Origin: Cycas panzhihuaensis
Lineage: Eukaryota; Plantae; Cycadophyta
Assembly (NCBI GenBank): GCA_023213395.1
Contig: CM041465.1
Coordinates: forward strand, 197,105,741-197,169,740
Reading direction: 5' to 3'
DNA length: 64,000 bases
Under the pieces are notes generated by a model. That model worked only from the letters and a program-made list of their open reading frames with translations, was not told the origin of the DNA and ran no database searches. Shown piece after piece: positions 13,050 to 26,559 of the stretch. The translations under genes were made by a program, and so were the position numbers. Position 1 is the stretch's first letter; each line of letters begins with the position of its first letter.

Positions 13050-16000
13050 TTAATAAATAATAATCAACATCAAGATTTTTATTATTTGTTTGCATTTTCA
13101 CTTGAGGGTCAAGCTATAGCATGGTTCTCAATTAATAGTAGCAAGTTTAAATCATGGAATGAATTATGTAAAAGATTCCTATCAAGATTTCAAAAATAAT
13201 ACAATATCTCAACCACATTTCAAGACACTGATGATTCCCAGACTAATACTTCTGAAATAGAAATTAAGTTAAATTGTAATCAAATTAAAGTAGGTGAATT
13301 TCGTGAAGAATATTCTAACATAGAATATGAGAATAGAGTAATCAAGTAAACACCAACATATATGTTGAATCATGATGGCATGATAATACACAACGAATAA
13401 TTAAAGATACATCAGATAGACGTAGGCATGAAAGAACATCCCCAAATGATCTCAATAGGAGACTATTGGGGTAAGGAGATTATGCAATAGCCCACAAGTT
13501 TGTTTTTAAACTATAAAGATATTTTTGCTTGGTCTTCTCAAGACTTAAAAAGGATACCACTAGAACTAGGAGAACATCGAATCGAGTTAATGGAAGGGAT
13601 GAAACTAGTTCACCGGCGTCCTTATCAGATGAATCTGAAATATAAGGAAAAGGTGGAAGTAGAATTAGATAAATTGTTGGAAGTTGGATATATTTTTGAA
13701 GTTAAAACCAATGAATGGGTAAGCTTGGTAGTGGTGGTACCCAAGAAGAATAGGAAGCTTCGTGCTTGGGTGGATTATAGAGCCCTCAATAAAGCAACAA
13801 GAAGAGATCCATTTCCAATACCTTTCATAGAGAATATTCTAGAAAAGGTAGCAGGTCATGAAATCTACTCATTTATGGATGCATTCATTAAATACAATCA
13901 AGTGAGAATTGTGGAGTAAGATCAACTGAAGACAACCTTTATTACTGAATGGGGGACATATGCTTATAAGGTAATGCCCTTTGGGTTAACAAACGTACTA
14001 GCTACTTTTCAGAGAATCATTCTAAACATCTTCTAGTAAGTAATTGGTAAGTCCATTAAAGTTTTTTTAGATGATAGGACACTGTACACATTGCTAAAAT
14101 ATCACCTAGTGAATTTGAAAACAATGTTAAAGATGTGATGGAAGAGTAAGCTTTGTTTAAACCCAACAAAATATACATTTTTAGTTTTGTTTGGATCTCT
14201 TTTAGGGTATATCGTAAGCAAGGATTGCTTATGGATAGACCAAAGTAAGGTCATAATAATTCTAAATTTTCTAGTACCAAGAACAACGAAGTAGGTGAAA
14301 GCCCTTTTGGGCATGACAGGGTATTATCAAAAATTTATTAAAGGATATGCACAAATTATAAATCCTTTAGAGAAACTACTCAAGAAAAAAGTAGCTTGGG
14401 AATGGAATTTGCAATAGCAACTGGCATTCAAATTTCTAAAAAAGAAAATTATAGAAGCCCCTCTCTTAAGATTTCTAGATTGGGATTGGCCATTTCACAT
14501 TCATGTTAATGCTTTCTTGATGGCAATAGGATGTGTTCTAATGCAACCTGGTAACAACAATATGGATTTACTTATTCATTTTCCTAGTAGAAAATTGACC
14601 CCTGTTGAATGAAATTATTCATTTATAGAGCAGGAAGGTTTGGGTACAATTTATACCTTGTAGAAGTTTAGATATTATCTGCTAGCTAACCTATTTATTT
14701 TTTATATAGATCACTAAGATCTAAAATACTTAATAAACAAGCCTATTTTATAGGGAAAAATTAGTAGGTGGCTAATGTTATTTTAATAATTTAACTTTAA
14801 AATTATATTAAAAAAGGTGATAAACATATTATACCTAATGTACCCTCAAGGCAAGTAAAAGGGGAATCAGCCATAAGAGTACTTAATGACTTTCTAGATA
14901 TATAATTATTTACTATAGAGGCTATACCAAAATGATATGAAGGGATTACAGAATACCTGGTTATAGGACAAATACCGAAGGGGCTAGAGAGAGTTGAACA
15001 ATAAAGTTTTATTCATAAAACATTTTCATTTTAACTAGTATGAGGGATGCTATACAAGCTAGGTTTAGATGATGTGTTATGATATTGCATAATGGAGCAT
15101 GAGGTATAGGGAATCTTACAGGAAGCACATGAAAGGGTCATGGCCAAGCACCAAGGAGTTGAACCCATAGTTAGAAAAATCCTACTAGCAAGCTTTTGGT
15201 GGCCATCAATATTCAAGGATATGGTAAAATGGATAAAAGGGTATAATATATACCAATAGGTAGGTAAGCCAGGCAAGAATCATTTTATGTCCCTACATCT
15301 AATTTTGGCATAGGCACCTTTTGAAAAATGGAGATTGAACTTCATTGGATTAATAAGTCCCCTAACGAAATGAACAAATGTAAGATCTATATTGGTAGCC
15401 ATATGCTTTTCTATAAAATAGACCGAAGCTCGACCCTTTAGACTTGCAATGCAAGAAGTATTGCAAAATTCTTGTATGAAGATATTATTGTTTATTTTGG
15501 TTGCCCATTAGAGTTAGTATCAAATTAGGGTAGTAGCTTTTTAAATAGTACTATAAAATATTTAACCAATGAATTTATGATTTAGCATTTTCAATCTTCC
15601 CTCCACTACCCTAGAGCAAACGGTCAGGTAGAAAGTACTAATAAAATTTTAAAGATTACCCTATCAAAAATATACAATGGAGGAAGAATAGATTAGGAAA
15701 AATATTTGTATTTTATTCTTTGGGCTAACATGACAATGATCAAGTGACCACACAAGTAGACACCCTTGCAGTTGGTGTATGGACTAGAAGCAGTATTCCC
15801 ATTAGAGTTCAAAGTAGAAAGTTTTTGAGTGGCAACATAGTTGAGAATGAACGAACATGACTCATGGAATGTATGAATGATAGAATTATTTAAGTTGGAT
15901 GAAAAAAGGGTGCAAGCATTATGGGAATTACAAATGAAGAAGTAGCAATGGAAAGCATGGCACGATTGACACATCAAAACACCATAATTTTATAAAGGTG

Positions 16001-16190
16001 ACCTGGTATTGATGTATGATAATAAATTTCGTACAAAACTAGGGAAGCTAAAGCTATACTAGTTGGGACTGTACAAGGTAATATACATATATGTGTGAAT
16101 GGAGTAGTCTAGCTCAAATAGCTTGATGGTAGAATATTACAAAAAATGGTGAATGGTAGTAGGCTGAAGCCTTACACCTTGAGATGATGA
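13050..16190 (+). pseudogene. Non-chromovirus Ty3/gypsy gag remnant plus RT, RNase H and integrase (element D), decayed
   Basis: FSLEGQAIAWF (gag); RT ORF 13500-13919 (VVVVPKKN...VDYRALN...YSFMD); RH near 14480-14800; INT HHCC/PFEKW region, YPRANGQVES, GPY-like region and NGSRLKPY. Confidence 0.88.
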
Positions 16191-16503
16191 AGAAAGGAAA
16201 AAAATGATGCAAAACATGGGGTAGTAATTGTGCCATCATGAGTAGGCAATCACAGGAAGAATGAAAAGTGTCCTCATAAGTGGTAACCTTGTTATACAAA
16301 CATGGCAAATAATTTAAAGGTAATCACAATTAAATATATAGTTAAAGTAATTATTAAAAGATCTTGATATGATAAGTTAATTAAAGTCACACTATAATTA
16401 AAAAGGTGATAATTATTAAGAGGCGTGATCACAATCTTAGGTGATTGCCTTTCCATGATTATGACAAGATAAGAAGGCGACGAGCTAAATTAATATGCTA
16501 GTC

Positions 16504-16707
16504 ATGGAAAGTTACTAAGATGAAAATATGAGTACAATGAGTTACACAGAGAAGGAGAAGTTAAGGAAGCAAGTAATGGCAACAGAGTGGCAAAGGATGA
16601 AAATTACCTTTTGGGAATTTGATGATGAACAAATTCAATTAGTTGCTAGTTATGGGATGCCTCCATATGACCAGCAGCTAAATAGTAAGGGGGTTGGATG
16701 GATCTAA
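16504..16707 (+). pseudogene. Putative extra ORF downstream of integrase in element D
   Basis: MESY*DENMSTMSYTEKEKLRKQVMATEWQRMKITFWEFDDEQIQLVASYGMPPYDQQLNSKGVGWI*; protein-like but no family recognised. Confidence 0.35.
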
Positions 16708-17409
16708 AAGTATTATACAACATAATTAAATTAAAATTTAAATTTATAGAAAGATTTAACTCCTTTTAATAAAAAACTCACATCCATCGATAACCATAAA
16801 TACACCTAAAAAAAATATTATAAAGAACATTGATTATGATTATGATTACCTTAAAAATTTAGGGTTCCTCTAAAAATGTTTTCCATTGAGCCATTGTCAT
16901 TCTTCTCTATTCACCATAGATGCAAGTGATTGTAGGTTCTAGGATGCTCCTGAAGAATCAACTATTTTTTGTGGCATTTTCCTATTTTAACTGATGAAAT
17001 ACAATAGATGCTTTAGAGAGGCAATTGAATCTTGAGACAAAATTTGGCTTATTGGTACTTTCATTCACAGAAGCAGGAGATGATAGAGTGATAAGAAGAT
17101 CACATTCATCCAAGAAACTTTCTATACTCCATTCTTCTCTCATGGCTGAAATGTAGCTATACATTTAGATTCCCCCTATCTTAAGGTAAATCTGTCCATG
17201 GACATCTTATTCTAAAGGGGTTTGGTCCTCTCATATTAGGTTGCTCACGAAGATTTAAGGTGAGATACAACTCTATCATTGTCAACTGACTGTATTTCAA
17301 TATTATTATAATCAGACCATGTTTTGATGCTTATGGCCATCGCTTCCCCATTGTTTGGTCCATTAAGACTTTAAGAGATGCTACTCACACGAAGGGTAAA
17401 ATTGTAGTT

Positions 17410-18007
17410 ACAGGCTTGCAAATATTTTAAAATCATCCTTAGTGAACTAATTTGGCAATGGAGTTGAAGGGTCAAACAAATCTATAATCTCTTTACCCTC
17501 TTCATCCACAAGCAATTTAGTTCCAAAAAATAGAGTATAGATATTCCTTACCACCTAAAACCTGTCTTGGCTCTTCCAGGCTCCTTCCAGTGTCTGCCAT
17601 AAAATCTTTTAGGAAATGAGTATAGAAGAATGGTTTATAGATCAGGTCTCATATAAGGGATCTACAATGTAATAATACCATTCACTTGACTTAGATGAAG
17701 CAAACCCAAATACTCCAAAATCCTTCCCCACAACAAAGGCCTTCTGAATACCAAAAACATCAAGAAGTCCAACCATGTCTTCAACAAGATCAACGAAGGT
17801 AGATTTTTTTAGTTTAGAAGATAGGTCAGACAGTCCATAGCCTCTGAAGTATGGAGCAATTACGTGATAACCTGCATTTACTAGTGCAACCATCTAATAA
17901 TGCCATGAGTACCAAATTTCTTAAAAACCATGTAACAACAACACCTCTAGGCCTGACCCAATATTTACAAGGTGTAGGTTTAGTCCCCTCGTGGCAACAT
18001 ACCCATC
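17410..18007 (-). pseudogene. Soluble epoxide hydrolase (alpha/beta hydrolase) intronless pseudogene, N-terminal ~2/3
   Basis: GYVATRGLNLHL.NIGSG..VLLLHGF*EIWYSWHY*MVALVNAGYHVIAPYFRGYGLSD...AFVVGKDFG...WKEPGRA...VVRNIYTLF...EEGKEIIDLFDPSTPLP.*FTKDD; contains stops and short deletions. Confidence 0.9.
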
Positions 18008-18758
18008 TAGGGATTTGAATGCAATGATAATACCAATTTCAAGACAATTCCCAAGAATTTAGTATATCAGAAAATATGTAATATTTTGACTGATCCCTTT
18101 ACAGATCTAGTATGCATGGTTTCTTACTAACAGAGAAACTTAGTAACACTTCTATTTTTTTTTTTTTTAATACATAAAAGCATAGACAAAATTTGAAGGC
18201 CATACATACGAATTTTGAAGAAGAATAATACAAATATATCCTCATAAAAGGATGCTTAACTATAAAAAAATTTCAAAGATGGAGTCATTTTTGACTTTTA
18301 GATAGCAAAAAAAAACTCACTCAATTGTTGTAAGTATCTCCATTATAATCTTCCCACTAGCATATAAGGAGATCGCTTCACACAACTGCATATGCATAAA
18401 AAACTCCTCCTTCTTGATAGTAGACACGTTGATTCTACAAGGTGACCATGCCTGCATGAGTAGATGATTTGAACCAGCTTCAAGAACCCTTAATAGCCTA
18501 AAAAAGCATAAATAATAGAACATATAATAGATCTTAATAGCCTAAAAAAATAGCCCCTTGAAATGGCAAAATTATCCCAAATATTCAATAGAAACTCCTT
18601 TAAGAAATATATACTAGGTTGGCTCTTCATAACCTAAAATGAACTTTCAATGGCAGATCATAATACAAGTATAAAAGGTTCCTCAAATGAATAATAACGA
18701 TGAAGGATAATATGCATGAAAGATTCACAATGATGTGCCCTTAAGGATTGAACCTTAC

Positions 18759-19085
18759 GCTCTGATACTATGTTAGAATTGAAAATGTAATATATACAAC
18801 AAAACATCTAATGGTGAGTGAATGACAAAATAATAAAGTACAAGAGAGATGAAGTATGTACACAATGAACATCATATGTGGAGAATTGGCCAAAACTCAA
18901 TTAGAGAGAATAAAAAGTACATACTTATAATACACACTCACCATTAGTGAGAGAACCTCATTGGTTGACTTAAAGGTGGCACACATCTCTAGGTGGCCCA
19001 CTATCTCTAATATAAAATATAAATAAATAAAGAGAGAGAGAAAGATTATATAATGGTAATATGTAATTGGGTATTATACCCAATA
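18759..19085 (-). mobile_element. 5' LTR (18771-19085) and tRNA-iMet PBS (18759-18770) of element E
   Basis: GCTCTGATACTA followed by TGTTAG; far end ...TACCCAATA resembles the young Copia LTR end ...TTCCCAACA; interrupts a gag at 19086. Confidence 0.7.
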
Positions 19086-21545
19086 CCACTTCTCCTAAAG
19101 ACCTCATTTAATTTATCAAATCTTGAACTTTGACAATAAAGTCATTGACTCCTTCCCTAATTGTCATCCTTAAGTTTTTAAACTTACTTCTAAGTGTTTA
19201 TGATTTAGAAGATGCTACTCCTTTATACGTTGTTTTGAGAATATCCCAAGCCTTCTTAGATGTTGTAGCTTTATTGAATCTAGGAAATATATGATCCTTT
19301 AGTGTATAAAAAATAAGTGCAAGTACTTCATTGTCCTTTTTTATATTCTCCTTGTAACTCTTCTTTTTATTTTCATTGGCAACTTTATCAATTTCTTTAT
19401 ATCTTATATCAACAAGATCCCACATGTCTTTTGTAATAAAAATAGGTCTTATTTGCTTAGTTTAATTGAGAACATTTGATCCATCAAACTTAGGTACAAC
19501 AATAATTTTAAGATTTATTGCCATTATAAAGAGAAAATTGCCTTACAATGTAACTCAAAATATAAAGTGCTTGAAAGTAAAGAAATATGATCAAAGCACC
19601 AAAGAAAGGCTATATAAGTGCACTCAACAAACACATAATATATTCCACTTTACCCTTGGGATGGGTGAACATATTCTAATTAGGACTCCAACCACCTTAA
19701 CAAGTAATAATTTTTATTAATAAGAGGGTATAATATTTTTTTTCACTAGTTTATATAAGGGTCATCATGTAGAAAGCCCTTTACTAGTACCTTTTTGGAG
19801 GATGAAACTAATATATAAAATGATTTAATTTTTTTTTTGTGACTTTATAACCCTTTAGACAACAAAAAATGGAGTCAAATGCTTCAGACATGACTCAATT
19901 CTAAGACTGGATTACAAATATATATATTAAAAATGTTTGTAAAAAAATTATCTTTTTAACAAATAGGACTCAAAAGTACATTGCCTCAATTTTACTTATT
20001 AAAAGGTCTATTAATCTAAAACCAAAGATGGTCGTATGACTACTCATTTTGACTAGTGTGAATTTACTTTGATTTAGTATAGACAAAAGCAATTTTTAAT
20101 CTCACTTATAAAAGTTATGGTGCCTAAAGTAGAGATAAGTCTTATTTTTTAGTGGCTATCCTAAAAAATTCTTTTAGCTCCCTTTGTAAAAATAAACTTG
20201 GTTATATTAAATACTACATATGACCTATTAGGATTGAGATTTGGTGCTTGGATCCATGAGTTCCCTAATGGATCTGATGTGGGGCCTATGATAACTGATT
20301 AAGCTAAAAAGAGGATAAAATTGGTAGAAAGAACCCAATATGATAATGATTTGACGAATGTAAGGGGGATCAAAGTGTAAATAGATGAAAGGATATTACA
20401 TAGGTTTGATTTTAGGATGGGCACAAATTTTAAGGTAGTTTATGAGGTCATATGGATGCCAATGACATTGGGTGACTAAAGTGGATACCAAAATAATAAA
20501 AAATATATTGCAAATATTAAATTTATTAAAGACCAAGCTTTAAAACATTAAGAAAATGACAAATATGTGCACTGCATCAAAATGGGTTTTGTAGATGAGT
20601 TTCTTTAACTGTATGGTTGTACAAAAGATGTAGAGAGTGCATAGACTAAAATAAGGCATAAAAATCTAAGAAAAAGTACTAAGGGTAGTTGTTCAATCTC
20701 TAAGTGGACATGTACTCAAAGTCACTATATTAAATAGTTTTAATATGGTTTTTCTAATAGAATTCCATTTCAAGAAAGGCCATACAAATGCTAGAGGGCA
20801 CAAATGTTATGCTGGGTATAATGATATATGAAGGCAACCAACTTTAGGGTATATTCAACCATGCTATAATGGAAAAAAGTATAAAATCATGTATGTATAG
20901 TAATTGAAGGCTTTTCATAGGTAAAATTTGCTTTTTACAATAGGAAAGAGGCAAACAAGGTAATAACAATGGGATGCAATCTCAAATCAACCAAAATAAT
21001 GTAAAGGAGGGCTATGGCAGCCTTCAAATGCTGAAAAATATAGGCTTTGTAGCTTTCTAAATCTCTATAGAATGAACAATGCCTCACAAAGTAATTTTTT
21101 GAAGTAGATCCAGAAAACTTTAATGGCAATCAATCTTCTCACAAATCCTTCTTCTCTTGAGTGTGGCTCCTCTTGAGAGCTTCTCCAAACCTTGGCACTT
21201 TAAATGAATGCTCCTATAATAAGGCAATGCTCCAACATGCTTCTAACAATTACTCTAATACCAAATGAAGGATTTATAGGAGTTAGAGGGAGTGACAAAT
21301 GCAATAAAGGGCTAAACAAATATCTATCATGATGGTGGTGTTAATGAACACTAAGGTCTTTAAACCCCTTGAATTTATAAATGAAAGTTGAGTAGGAATC
21401 CAACGTCTACTACCGACTAGTATTTAGAAATACTGTTATAATATCCACTCAAATATTGATGAGGTCAACTAAGTCAACTGCATAAAACCCTATGCTATCA
21501 TAGCCAACATGCAAAGATATGAGCCCTAATGGGCATTATCCAGCA
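19086..21545 (-). mobile_element. Partial Copia related to the young element: gag 5' part (19086-~19525), ~1.7-kb leader, PBS (21252-21263), 5' LTR (21266-21545)
   Basis: VPKFDGSN...MWDLV...IFPR...SKKAWDILKTTY parallels gag at 47500-47843; LTR shares GGTGGTGTTAATRAACAC; PBS-AA-TG spacing as in the young element. Confidence 0.8.
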
Positions 21546-22706
21546 ACTTAAATATGCCATTTGTATAATAAAGGAGGGATAAAGCTCAAAGAGTCACTCT
21601 ACATCAAGTACAAGTACCTCTTCTCCCTTCATCTCTTGGTTTTAAGCAAAAAGAATATAAATAAAAAAGAAAAGAGTAAGAAGAAACATACTAGGTTTTC
21701 TTTTTACCCTAGCTCCATTTTCTCTTTCTAAAAGAAAAAAGAGAAACAAAAAAATTTACTTTTCTTTTATTTTGGTTTCCTTTATTTTCCTTTCCTTTAA
21801 ATAAGAGAAAAAAAAGAACAAAAAGGAAGGTGTTATTTTCTTTTTTATTATGATTTCTCTTCTTTTTATTTCAAAAAAAAAAAAAGAAAAAGAAAAGAAA
21901 ATTGTCTCTTTCTTTTTTATTTATCTTACTTTCCCTTGTGCTAAAAGGACAAAAGACAAAAAAAAAAAAATCCCTCAAAATCCCAAAAAGGGAAATAAGC
22001 ATTTATTCTTTCTCCTTATACATTATATTACAGCATTTACAACTTATCATAGAATTAGGAATCTACATTATAAGCCTAAGAGGAGATGATTGTATAATAT
22101 CAAGTCCTTAAACTCATGGGGCTACATTATGCCTACTAGCTAGGGTGGTTTATTATTTGTATTAAATTAAAAAAGTATAAAGATGCATTAGGTGTATGAT
22201 CCCTATTACCTTACCACAAGTTAGTTGCCACTCTTAAGCCCACATTGGACACACACCCTTTACACATGTTATCCTCATTAAACCACCCATTAGCCATATG
22301 AAAGTATAATCAAGCCTCACACTCACACCTAAGTAGTACACGAGCACCTTAAGCGGGGTATTAGTTCATTCCACACCCCTTTTTAGGACCTTTCCATGCC
22401 TTAAGTCCTTTATTATTAGGTTTATTGTGTGTCTTTCTCCATTCTCATGCATTCACTGGCAACCATGCTAGGGAAGTTGATAGTGGAAGTCTAGTTAACA
22501 CCACTAGGCTCTTCCCTTTCTTCTCTTTTCACTTTCACTTTATTTAGGGCATTTTGCTTAGTCTAGATTATATGAGGATCTCTTGAATACAACCCCCTCA
22601 TTAATACAAAGCTATTGTGCCTTGAATATGACAATTCTCTTATCACTTGCATGGCCTTTCACCTATAGACTTGGAGCCTCAATACATGATTATTCTTAAA
22701 AGTGAC

Positions 22707-25260
22707 TGAAACACTCGCTACGGGGTGGTGTCCCTATGTCTAGCAAAAAGGATATAAAAATATGCAATGCTAACTAAACTAGGTAGTAAGGACCTCACCT
22801 CGCAGGGCGTCCATGCATTGGAGCACAGATTCAGAACTGCAAGGTGCCTGGTTGCTTCCAGGTAGTTGTGCAAAGTAAGGCCTTCCTACCCCTCGGATGG
22901 CCAGGAAGAGGAGAAAGCGCCTTGCGCATTGCGTCTTCTCAAGGTAATGAGAAGGCAACGAACAAAGGGTAGCTAACTAACGTGTAAGCAAATGCAAAAA
23001 AGGGTGCGATGAGGATAACTCAAATGCAATATAGACAATCTAACTACGTTATGCTACACTAGCCAAAGCAAGAAATAATATAAAAATGAGTGCACTTTTC
23101 CTTTTCCCTTTTAATCTTTTACAAGTTCTTAACTACATAAGCAAATGTATGAAAGGCGATAATGTAAAAGGGATACATGGAGAACAAGGAGAATACCTAG
23201 ATCCAGTGCTTGAGTGGAGTGCTGCTCATCCCTTTGAGTCCCGCTCCTTTCTATTCTACTCGTCGTGCATGCGATGTCGATCGGTGGCAGTTGCCAGAAG
23301 TAATGGAAGAGGGGCTTACTTACCTCCCCTTAAGCATGTAAAAGCAAATAAATAGAAAAAAGAAATAAAAGCGTGAAATAGGAAGAAATGCACCACACAG
23401 GGAACTAACCTGCAATGGGTTTGTTCCACGTATCGCTCCACTAACGCGCAATCCTGTAAACAAGTGAGGAGAATACCTTCCTCTCGGAAGAGAGGCCACA
23501 AAATATACCAAAGATATATACTAAAATCAAATGGAACTTAAATGTATGCTAAGCATCAATATGTAGCCAAGTAAAATAATGACATGTAATAAATACTCTC
23601 ACCACCATACACCATAAAGACATTTGAAAGGGAAAGGAGTATAGCCTCGGGATGGCTAACTCACCTACAAAGGACCTCCAAGGAACTTGGGAAGGAGAAA
23701 CGGGTCGACAACAAGGTCGTAAAGCAACAAACCATAACAAAGGAGGGAATAACGGAAAGACTTGGGACTTGGATAGGACCCAACACAGACAAATGGAACT
23801 TCTGGAAATGACGTAACAACAAGTTGCCTGTGCTAACTTGAGCACCACAACTAGATTCCCTAAACTCCCTTAACCTATTTCCTAAAAAAAACACTAATAG
23901 CAAAGGGAAGGAGGATAAGGGATGGAACCCTTGGAGAGAAGGGCAGTAATAGGGGATGGAACCCTGCCTACCTCCCTCAAATCCTCTTATGTTGCTCCTT
24001 TGCAACGGCTAACCAAGGAAGGGGTAAAAGGGATGGTTTAAAGAAAATAGTGAGGCCTCAAAAGAAAATGGGAATAGCACCAATCTAGTGCAATAACATA
24101 AAGAAAACTAGATAAACTAGGATTTCATTCATCAACACATAAAAGAAATAAGAACAAAATAGATTGCAAGTAGGAATAAGGAATACCTTGTTAGAAGAGA
24201 ATCAAGCATGAGCTTTGCTATTAGGAAATACTAGTAATAACTAATGTATGAGGGCTGATAATGACAGGTTTTTGCAAGAGTAAAGTGAGGAAAAATCCTT
24301 GCAAACGTGGAGCCTTAGAAGTTGGCCCTTTGGAGAAGCTCTTTGGTAGAAGTTTCCTTTAGAACCTTGAGCACTTGCAAAGAGGTACGAGGCTTGCTAT
24401 TGAGAGCTATAGGGGGCAGCAATGGCCCTGCAAATCCAGCTGGTAGCAGTCCTTCTCTTCTGTGACAAGTTCCTATGCATGTAGATTGTGTCTTTCTCTG
24501 TGTGTTTTTAGTTGAAAAGTTAGAAAAAATAGCAGAAAGGATCTTCAGAATGGAGAGCAAAATCCCCTTTATCCCCCTGTTCACTGCAGGTGAACATTGG
24601 GGGTGTCAGGGCGACTCGAATCAATCGACGCCATGTGACAATTCTGTAAAAAAAATAGAAATTGTTGCATGGTTCTCTTTTTTTTAAATTTCAAATAGTC
24701 GTACCATGGTAAACTCTGCTGTACCGTAGCAAAGACCGTAGTACCGCTAAGTTTACAGCGGTATCAAACTGGAAACAAAAAAAGAGAAAAAGGAGCAAAA
24801 ACATGAGGTTTTAAAGTAAAAATTAAGACCAAAAATAAGCTGGAGCAGCTAGAGGAATGCCCAGGTAATGGGCAAGTAGTCAAAATAATGAGATGAGTCC
24901 CAACTAAGGATTAAATCAGGCTTAGGAGGGACTGCAACGTGAGCAACATGTTATAACGGGAGCAAATAGGACTGACTAAAACATCCTAGGAGACCGTGGA
25001 GATAATGTGGGTGGCTATGCACCATACGGGGTGTAGCATTCACTGAGGAATGCCCCCCATTGTGAGTCGTCATAGGCTGATGAGGTGCCGTAAGCATATG
25101 CAATATGATTAGGCAGAGAAGTAATGCATGCAAGCAGGTGTATGTCAAGCAATCTATGCTAAATAATCTTAATCAAGCATGGGCAGGAAAAGGTAAGAAC
25201 GTATACTTGAACATACCTGTGTCGATGCATCTCGAGTCTATTCCCAGTAGTTGGTAAACA
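22707..25260 (-). mobile_element. Solo LTR (2554 bp) of a related Tat-like subfamily inserted in the 5' LTR of copy B
   Basis: TG...CA ends; flanks GTGAC/ATGAC (5-bp TSD, 1 mismatch); minus-strand start TGTTTACCAACTACTGGGAAT resembles LTRs A and C. Confidence 0.8.
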
Positions 25261-26559
25261 ATGACTAAGAGTCACTGATGGTAAGTCAACTCCCTTATAA
25301 TTAGGCCTATGATCCCTGCCATCATTGTGCCCAAGATTGGCCTCAACTCATGGGACCATACCCACAAAAATAAGCTACCTAAGGAGGCATGGACCCCATA
25401 CATCATCCCTGTGAGGCTGATAGATTCTACTAGAACCTAATTGATTCCCATGTTTATATAATTAATTGTATCCTCCCTTATAAACTAGTCCATGTTCTTA
25501 AACCATATATTCCTCCCTTCTTATTTAGACTTTGTTAGCAAGGCAAGCTTGTTCTCCTTTTTGACCAAACTCACACCTCTCCATGGGATATGGTGGAGGG
25601 CTAAAGGCCCACTTCAAGGTAGTGGCAAGAGAGACTACTCTTACTTGGCATGTCACTTACTATTCAATGCCTCAACCTCATCTACTTTAATCTTAATTAT
25701 AACTTCAAGCTAATCCATAGTCTCACTTACCACAAACATAATGACAACATCCTCATCTGTTGACACCTTACTTGGGATGGGGGCTTGAACTATCTCAAGC
25801 CCCTTCTTAAGTTATTCCTTATATTTCTCAACAAATGATTCTTACTCCTCCATTACAGACTTCTAACTCCTAACTGAGCATGACCTCACTTCCTCTTGTC
25901 AACTCTTCTGTCCCTTCTTGTCCCCACCATATGGGACCTAGTGGAGGGTCTTCGATTTGCCCTTATCTGTATCATGAAAACTCTTCATTATATATCCCAT
26001 TAGAATATATATCCCAATAATGGGGGCATGGGGGCTCTCATTATTTTTTAGCTTATGGGGTGGATCCTTTCTATCCTTATGGGGTTGTGCCTCCTATTGG
26101 AGGACCATTTGGGTATAACCCTTTACCTCGCCATCCTTGTACATGTCCCATTTCATTCCACCTTTGTGTTCCTATTAGGGTACACCTATGGCACCTTTAG
26201 TGCCACCCTCCTTAGCCATCATTCCTCGAGGGGCAATGACTCAAGCCAACCACTTGTATCATACTCTACCATACGTGAGTTTGGATTACTCTCGACCACC
26301 CCCATACCCCTCTCATTCTTATCCCAACATAACCCTTCGCTATTAGCCAAGGGGCATACCCTAATTAATCCCATCATATGTGCCCCATCAATAGGGGTAT
26401 ACCCACTATCCTACTTACCCTACACTATCATCCCATGATGGATATTATTACCAACCCTCTTATATTCCATTTAATCCTTTAATCCAACTTGGGGTATGAC
26501 CCTTTTTAGAATATAGATTTAGCCCTCCTTCTTTGGAGGCATTGTAAACCAACCTCCTT

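Noticed and set aside
17410-18007. Functional epoxide hydrolase gene
   Set aside because: In-frame stops, deletions, no start codon, and the C-terminal catalytic His region is missing
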